NCBI GenBank assembly: GCA_964016885.1
Contig: OZ024765.1
Coordinates: 4,712,001 to 4,776,000, forward strand
Direction of reading: 5' to 3'
DNA: 64,000 bases
DNA from: Eledone cirrhosa
Lineage: Eukaryota
Shown: in pieces, positions 56,236-64,000 of the stretch
Numbering within the stretch: position 1 is the stretch's first letter
Layout: each line of letters starts with the position of its first letter
Notes under the pieces: generated by a model
What the model was told of the DNA's origin: nothing
Seen by the model: only the letters and a program-made list of their open reading frames with translations
Databases searched by the model: none
Translations under genes and position numbers: made by a program

Positions 56236-56645
56236 CATGCTAGCGTGGAATATGGATGTTAAACAATGATGATGATGATATAAATCAGGGGAGTACTCTA
56301 TGCATAGGAAAAAAACAGAGGGGTTATAAAAGGGGGTACAAACATGACTTCAATGCTGAGAGGTTTCAGTTTGTATTCGGCAATCCTTTTAGAGGGTATA
56401 CATTTGAGAAGGCTTGTTACATACAAACCAGAACTGCAAGACGGAGTTCACTTTAAAACTTCCTTTATATATATATATATATAGGAACAAGTAAGACCCC
56501 GACGGCTGAGCTCAAGCCGTTTCGACATCTAATTCTGGACTCAGCTGTCGGGGTCTTACTTGTTCCTATTATCCACTCTACTACCCTAAGTATTGAGTAC
56601 TTTGGTGTGTTATGGTCCACCTGGTTCCTTACCACATTTCCTTTG

Positions 56646-56677
<32 letters not shown>

Positions 56678-57060
56678 TTTCTGATATATGGAGATCTATG
56701 GGTGATAATGGTATCAGAAATTTTGAGTTCGGTTGTATCCATAGGATACAAGAAACAAGATGGAGGAGAAAAGCATTATCAAACACATCAGCAACATTAT
56801 CCAATAAATTTCACCCTTCGGCAGTCTGTGGACTTGCTTGCTAATCCTTGGCAAATCTAAAATGTCATTCCTCGTATACACATCCAAACTGAATGAACTG
56901 AATAGGTTGTTTCCATCCTCATACATCAAAATAAGTGGGAGAGTCCATCGGGTATATATATATATATATATATATATATAGGAAAAAGTATGACCCCGAC
57001 GGCAGAGCTCAAGCCGTTTCGACGGCTATTTATGGACTATAGACAGCTATTTCAGTCCAG

Positions 57061-57116
<56 letters not shown>

Positions 57117-57791
57117 TCATCATCATTGTTTATCGTCCATCTTCCATGCTAGCATGGGTTAGACGGTTAGTTTCCTTCTCCGCTGTGTCCCGTCTTTTCT
57201 CTCCCCTTGTTGCTATCCTCTCTCTCTTACCTTCTCCCTCTTACTTTCGCTCAACCCCTCTGCTAGTCACCTTCTCTCAGCTAGCCTGCCACTATAACTA
57301 TCTCTTTCTCGCTTCCTCTTACTTTCACTCACTCCCACTCTGCTAATCACCCTCTCTCCGCTAGCTCACTTCCTCCCCTCGTTGGCCACTCTAAGCAGCT
57401 TCTTCTCTTGCTAACACTGCTACAGTGAAGACTCGCCAGTTCTTACGTTCGAAATGAGTTGTTGATTTGATATTTTTCCTATTTTTCCTCTCTTTTCGTT
57501 GCTTCACCCTTCGTGTCTGTTTACACTTTTCTCTCTCTCCCCCTCTCCCTTTTTTTATCCCAATAACTTATTTTAGTTATTGATCACACTAGGTTGAGGT
57601 ATCTTGTCTCGAATGCGAAGAAATACCTATGATTCCTAGCAGACAACTGTCGATGGATATTTTCCTCTTTCGCCCGTACCTTTTATTTTCATTATACTTA
57701 ACTGCAACCACACAGCTCACCATTTTATTGATATATATATATATATATACGATATATTAACAAATGGAAACTATATTTATAAAACCATATT

Positions 57792-57856
57792 TATTTCATT
57801 ATACATATTTCAAGGACACCAAGTTAAATTATGGTGCGCTTTCATCAGATAAAATA
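57792..57856 (-). ncRNA. Mirror copy of the hammerhead motif in the left arm
   Basis: Reverse complement of 58003-58067 with one substitution in stem III (UAUGUA). Confidence 0.65.
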
Positions 57857-58002
57857 TAATATAGATCAGTTTTATAAATAAATATTGACATACCCTTAAA
57901 GAATGAGACCATTTCTGTTGGAAGCTTTCGGGAGCTTCCAACAGAAATGGTCTCATTCTTTAAGGGTATGTCAATATTTATTTATAAAACTGATCTATAT
58001 TA

Positions 58003-58067
58003 TATTTTATCTGATGAAAGCGCACCATAATTTAACTTGGTGTCCTTGAAATATATATAATGAAATA
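58003..58067 (+). ncRNA. Type I hammerhead ribozyme motif with palindromic stem III (right arm of a 180-bp fold-back)
   Basis: UAUUUUAU-CUGAUGA-AAGCGCACCA(10-nt loop)UGGUGUCCUU-GAAA-UAUAUA-UA|AUGAAAUA; 8-bp stem I, 9 of 10 positions paired in stem II. Confidence 0.72.
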
Positions 58068-58197
58068 AATATGGTTTTATAAATATAGTTTCCATTTGTT
58101 AATATATCGTATTTTTACTCCAATAATTTAAGTGCTTTATATCAGTTATAAAAATAAATATTTGCTTGTTGTATCCCAACAATTTAAATATAACTTC

Positions 58198-58234
<37 letters not shown>

Positions 58235-58373
58235 CATTCAAATTGTGATATATAAATACATCAGAGTATTGATAGTAATACTGAAGATTTTACTCTTTAT
58301 TTATTTTCTATGTTGTTTGTTATTGTAGAAACATGTGTGAGGAGAATAAAATACTATTTCTGCATTGTACATG

Positions 58374-58432
<59 letters not shown>

Positions 58433-58482
58433 ATGTATATGTGTATATATATATATTTGTGTGTGTGTGTATATATATATAT

Positions 58483-58559
<77 letters not shown>

Positions 58560-59654
58560 AATATGTGTGTGTGTGTGATTATGTTTATATATAAATATCC
58601 GTGTGTGTGTGAGTGTGTTTATATATAAATATCTGTTTGTGTGTGTGAGTGTGTTTATATATAAATATCTGTGTGTGTATATGTGTGTCTGTATATGTGT
58701 GTTTGTATGTGTGTGTCTGTGTGTGTATGTATATTGTTTTATTGTAGTGAATTAGAAAAAAACAAGAAATCTTATCAATGTTTAAAGATCGAGTGATTTG
58801 ATGTCTGAAAGAATCAGATGTGAAAATGATTTCAATAAAAACATGTTGACATGAAATATTTATTGAAATACATAAAGCTGATTGTGTTGGGAGACCTAAT
58901 GTATGAATGTCTACAGTTAATTCATATGGTTGCCTTACAGCTGTCGGTGTTGACCCTTTTATTACCAGCCAAAACTTAATGGAAGCTTGTGGCCTCGTAG
59001 TAAGGGTTTTAGACTTACAATTATAGTGCCGTAGGGTCAATTCCTGGAGTGGGTTGTGTTGTGTTCTTGAGCAAAACACTTCATTTTATATTGCTCCAGT
59101 GGTAAGGGTGTTTGACTCTTGATCAAAATGTCATGAGTCCATTGGGGCGTCTTGTACTCTCAGTCGCTTAACCTCTCCAGTGCCGTAGATGAGATAACTT
59201 GTCCTAACATGTATGCATTCCAGTGCCATGGATGAGATAAGTCATCCTAACATGTTTGAACTCGTTTCCAACAGTTCATAACTTCAAAATTATGAACTTG
59301 TTTCCCACAGTTCATAACTTCAAAGCTAGATGGGGTTACTAGTTTATTGATGTGACATTTGTTAAACATTCATATATGTGTTGTTAATAAATGTTTGTTA
59401 AAAAAAATAGTCATTTTACAGAAAGAAAAACAAAATGGGACAGAAACTGTAGCTGTGTAAAATGTACACAGCAGTCAACAGGTTAAGCATTGGGTTACTC
59501 AAGAAGAAGAAGACACTAGCAAGATGTTTTTCACATCTCCCTCTATATCATCTGACTCTCTATTATTATCTGGAAGAACCTAGAGAGGAGATGGGCTCTG
59601 CTAGGTTTAAAGTAAAGAAGAAATGTCATATGACACTTTGCCAGGATGTATGGC

Positions 59655-60335
59655 AAAGAGTGGACTGGGTGTATTTTATTGTGGTACCAATACTGCCACT
59701 TTACAGAGTGGACTAGGTGTATTTTATTCTGGTACCAACACTGCCATTTTACAGACTGGACTGGGTGTATTTTATTCTGGTACCAATACTACTACTTTAC
59801 AGAGTGGACTGGGTGTATTTTATTCTGGTACCAACACTGCCACTTTACAGACTGGACTGGGTGTATTTTATTGTGGTACCAGCACTACTATTTTACAGAG
59901 TGGACTGGGTGTATTTTATTGTGGTACCAGCACTGCTATTTTACAGAGTGGATTGGGTGTATTTTATTGTGGTACCAACACTGCTATTTTACAGAGTTTA
60001 CTGGGTGTATTTTATTGTGGCAGGAACACTACCACTTTACAGAGTTTACTGGGTGTATTTTATTGTGGCAGGAACACTACCACTTTACAGAGTTTACTGG
60101 GTGTATTTTATTGTGGCAGGAACACTACCACTTTACAGAGTTTACTGGGTGTATTTTATTGTGGCAGGAACACTACCACTTTACAGAGTTTACTGGGTGT
60201 ATTTTATTGTGGCAGGAACACTACCACTTTACAGAGTTTACTGGGTGTATTTTATTGTGGCAGGAACACTACCACTTTACAGAGTTTACTGGGTGTATTT
60301 TATTGTGGCAGGAACACTACCACTTTACAGAGTTT
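59655..60335. repeat. 48-bp minisatellite (about 14 copies) related to a SINE internal motif
   Basis: Unit CACTTTACAGAGTTTACTGGGTGTATTTTATTGTGGCAGGAACACTAC versus SINE CACTTTACAGTGTGGACTGGGTGC. Confidence 0.9.
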
Positions 60336-61074
60336 ACACATGTATATGCATAAATATATATATATATATATATTGATAGATAGATACACACACACACACA
60401 CACACATACACACATAGGTGTTTAATCAGGAATGGTTATCTCTGTCAAGTAAAAGGATAAAGAAAACAAAACATTTCCCAAAAATTCACAAATGAAAATT
60501 TCTTTCCCAAAATTGGATTATTCCAGAAGCTGTTTCATTCTGTCTCTCACCTCTTGAGAGATCTAGCAATGTCATTACATGTACTGCTTCCTTAACTGAT
60601 GCTGTATATACAGGCTGTCCATAAGTGACTTTACAATTTAAAAAATTTATTACAAAAGCAAATGAACAGAGAAATATGTGGAAACTGTTACAAAATGAGT
60701 TGATATTGAAGTTGTTTGAACTAATTTAATTGTTTCTACTTTTGGCACAAGGCCAACAACTATTCCAATGCATTACTGGTACTTTATTTTATCGACCGCA
60801 TAAGGATGAAAGGCAATTATTTCATTACTAAGATCATAACTTAACATATGGTTCTTATATATATTTATGAAGATATCAATTTAAATAGAAACCCTTTAAA
60901 GTGTTTGCTACCATATTCCTCATGAAAAATACAATCTATTTCAATTAATTAATGAAGAATTTTGAGGGATTTACTAAAATTATTATTTCATTACTAAGAT
61001 AGTAATATAACATATGGTTCTATATATATTTATGTTGAAAGATTTTGATTTAAATAAGAGCCCTTCAAAATGGG

Positions 61075-61507
61075 AGAGCTGGTTTTGGCTGTGTTGATAT
61101 CAAAAGGGTTAAATATGAACCCTTTAAAATAGGGGATTTTATTTCATAGAACCAGAAATACTTTTGGTTGTGTTGATATCAAAAGGGTTAAATACGACCC
61201 TATTAAAATAGGGGGTTTTATTTCATAGAACCAGAAATACTTTTGGTTGTGTTGATATCAAAAGGGTTAAATATGACTGCTTTAAAATAAGGGGTTTTAT
61301 TTCATAGAACCAAAAATACTTTTGGTTGTGTTGATATCAAAAGGGTTAAACACGACACCTTTAAAATAGGGGGTTTTATTTCATAGAACCAGAGATAATT
61401 TTGACTTGGTTGCTTTCAAAAGGGTTACATAAGAACGCTTTAAAATGAGGAGTTTTATTTCATAGAACCAGAGATAGTTTAGGCAGGGTTGCTTTCAAAA
61501 GGGTTAA
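61075..61507. repeat. 79-bp tandem repeat ending in AAAAGGGTTAA (about 5.5 copies)
   Basis: AAAAGGGTTA at about 61102, 61181, 61260, 61339, 61418, 61497. Confidence 0.88.
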
Positions 61508-62611
61508 TTTATAATATATAATCAACAGAGAAATGTAATTTAAATCACAGATCATATGTAAGAAAGATGCACAATTTTATCTTCAATACACCATCGTCTC
61601 GCTGAAATAGCTTCTCACCAACACCATCTCCTCATCACCACCACCATCTCCTTACCACCACCACCATACCTTCACCACCACCATCTCCTTACCACCATAT
61701 CTTCACCACCACCATCTCCTTACCACCACCACCATATCTTCACCACCACCATCTCCTTACCACCATATCTTCACCACCACCATCTCCTTACCACCACCAC
61801 CATACCTTCACCACCACCATCTCCTTACCACCATATCTTCACCACCACCATCTCCTTACCACCACCACCATACCTTCACCACCACCATCTCCTTACCACC
61901 ATATCTTCACCACCACCATCTCCTTACCACCACCACCATACCTTCACCACCACCATCTCCTTACCACCATATCTTCACCACCACCATCTCCTTACCACCA
62001 CCACCATATCTTCACCACCACCATATCTTCACCATCACCATCTCCTTACCACCACCACCATCTCCTTACCACCACCACCATCTCCTCACCATCACCATCA
62101 TATCTTCACCACCATAATCTTCTCATCACCACCACTAACACCATCTCACCCCACCACCATCTCACCCCACCACCACCACAACCACTACTATCTCCTCACC
62201 TCTGCCATCTCCTCACCACCACCATCACCATCTCCTCACCACCACCGCAACCACCACCACTACTATCTCCTCTAGAAATAACAAACCATTTAAATGTTGA
62301 GCAGTTTTTTCTCCTGAAAGAATTGTTTCCAGTCTTAAAATCCAGGATTTTTATTTTAAAATTTAAATTAATCTAAACATCACCAATGAAAGAATTTCTA
62401 TTTTAAATAGAACTTGTCAAAGCTTGTAGCTGTGTGGTTAACACTTTGATACCAGCATGCGCTCAACTGCAGCCATGAAGCAACCATGCTTCATTGAATG
62501 TACAAGCTTGGATGAACTGATAGAGAAACTGGGTTTAACCCTTTAGTATTTACGTTATTCTATATTTACTATTATATTTTCATGGTCAAGGCTTTATCGT
62601 ATATAATATCT

Positions 62612-63165
62612 CACATAGCATTCATATAACTCTATATTTATTATATTTTCATGGTAAAGGCTTTACCTCACATAATATCTCACATAGCATTTACATAACT
62701 CTATATTTATTATATTTTCATGGTAAAGGCTTTACCTCACATAATATCTCACATAGCATTTACATAACTCTATATTTATTATATTTTCATGGTAAAGGCT
62801 TTACCTCACATAATATCTCACATAGCATTTACATAACTCTATATTTATTATATTTTCATGGTAAAGGCTTTACCTCACATAATATCTCACATAGCATTTA
62901 TATAACTCTATATTTATTATATTTTCATGGTAAAGGCTTTACCTCACATAATATCTCACATAGCATTTACATAACTCTATATTTATTATATTTTCATGGT
63001 AAAGGCTTTACCTCACATAATATCTCACATAGCATTTATATAACTCTATATTTATTATATTTTCATGGTAAAGGCTTTACCTCACATAATATCTCACATA
63101 GCATTTATATAACTCTATATTTATTATATTTTCATGGTAAAAGCTTTATCTCATATAATTATCTC
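62612..63165. repeat. 69-bp minisatellite (about 8 copies) inside a TTAA MITE
   Basis: Unit TAGCATTTACATAACTCTATATTTATTATATTTTCATGGTAAAGGCTTTACCTCACATAATATCTCACA. Confidence 0.9.
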
Positions 63166-63209
63166 ACTTAATATCGAATCTATGAGATTTTGATGTTATT
63201 TATTTTGAG

Positions 63210-63425
63210 TAGCGGCTCTACCTGGGAGAAGGGAGGTCGGTGTAAAAGCCAAACTCACTATCTTCAATTTGGTTTTTGTGCCAACCCTTCCTTATGGGCA
63301 TGAATCTTGGGTAACGACCAAAAGAATACAATCACAAATACAAGCAGCCGAAATGAGGTTGCCCCCGAAGGGTCTTTGGAGTAACATTACTCAATAAAGT
63401 GTGTAGCTCAGAGATCAAAGAGAGT
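63210..63425 (+). mobile_element. RTE LINE fragment
   Basis: KAKLTIFNLVFVPTLPYGHESWVTTKRIQSQIQAAEMR..KVCSSEIKES. Confidence 0.75.
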
Positions 63426-63476
63426 TATTAGAATTTGATTAATTAATTGGTTGTTCTCATCATTTCTTTCCTCTAG

Positions 63477-63595
63477 AAATTCCAATCAGGAGTTGTGGGC
63501 CACCAACATAAACAAAGCTGACGAAGGTGTTTACAGGTGTGAAACGTGGAATAAATATGGAAATAAATCTGCTGTGGCAATGGTTAGAGTGGCAG
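63477..63595 (+). CDS. Exon encoding the C-terminal half of Ig-like domain C (absent from the ORF track)
   Basis: TTTCTTTCCTCTAG acceptor, G|GTAAG donor, 119 nt phase 2-1. NSNQELWATNINKADEGVYRCETWNKYGNKSAVAMVRVA contains DxGxYxCxxxNxxG. Confidence 0.9.
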
Positions 63596-63936
63596 GTAAG
63601 TGGAATATCTGTTGGTTTTACTGGTGATAAGAGGGATGTGGAATGAGATGGTTAGGTCATGTGTTGAGGAGGGATGAAAGTGACTGGGTGATGGCAAATT
63701 GAGCCAGAGCTAATGGTGAATATTGTGAAGAGAATTGGAATGATATGAATGGGAGATACATATATTTACACACATACACACATTCATATTACATACATAT
63801 ATATATACATATATATAAATGCAGAGATTATATTTAATTTGTTGGGATTCAACAAGCTTAAAAATCCAGGAAGCTCCAACCGTTAAGGTTGTCTTTTTTT
63901 CGGGTATGTCAATATTTATTTATAAAACAAATCTGT

Positions 63937-64000
63937 ATTTTATCTGATGAAAGCACACCATAATTTGCCTTGGTTGCCCTTGAAATATATATAATAAAAT
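63937..64000 (+). ncRNA. Hammerhead motif, same family as 58003-58067
   Basis: AUUUUAU-CUGAUGA-AAGCACACCA..UGGUUGCCCUU-GAAA-UAUAUA-UA|AUAAAAU; stem I fully Watson-Crick, stem II less regular. Confidence 0.68.

Larger units (their letters stand above)
57747..58200 (+). mobile_element. Penelope-like/retrozyme-like element: 180-bp near-perfect fold-back plus about 90-bp tail between (TA)n tracts
   Basis: Arms 57747-57926 and 57933-58112; hammerhead motif in both arms; related copy at 63821-64000. Confidence 0.7.

Noticed and set aside
56660-56953. Short coding-like stretch on the minus strand
   Set aside because: No recognisable motif or splice sites; probably a decayed TE fragment.
59623-60417. 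Three overlapping repeat ORFs
   Set aside because: 48-bp SINE-related tandem repeat open in all three frames.

Overview
Repeat-saturated eukaryotic DNA, probably an octopus/coleoid cephalopod (inferred from the SINE types and microsatellite load, not from a database match). The window lies mostly in the large introns of one + strand immunoglobulin-superfamily gene. Four coding exons are recoverable (27879-28160, 30511-30825, 55005-55158, 63477-63595) and encode three I-set-like Ig domains; the third domain only joins in frame through a GC-AG intron. The rest is (TA)n/(CA)n/(GTT)n/(CAC)n microsatellite, minisatellites (many built from transposon or SINE pieces), tRNA-derived SINEs, decayed RTE, CR1/L2 and Dong/R4 LINE fragments, a hATm-like transposase remnant, TTAA-bounded and hAT MITEs, Helitron-like ends and a 200-N gap. 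The least expected signal is a set of short islands inside (TA)n tracts that carry hammerhead ribozyme cores (CUGANGA...GAAA...NUH), often with a fold-back copy of their own end, resembling Penelope-like element termini or non-LTR retrozymes. At least six sequence families are present, from intact-looking to degenerate. Almost all long ORFs in the supplied track are repeat artefacts.
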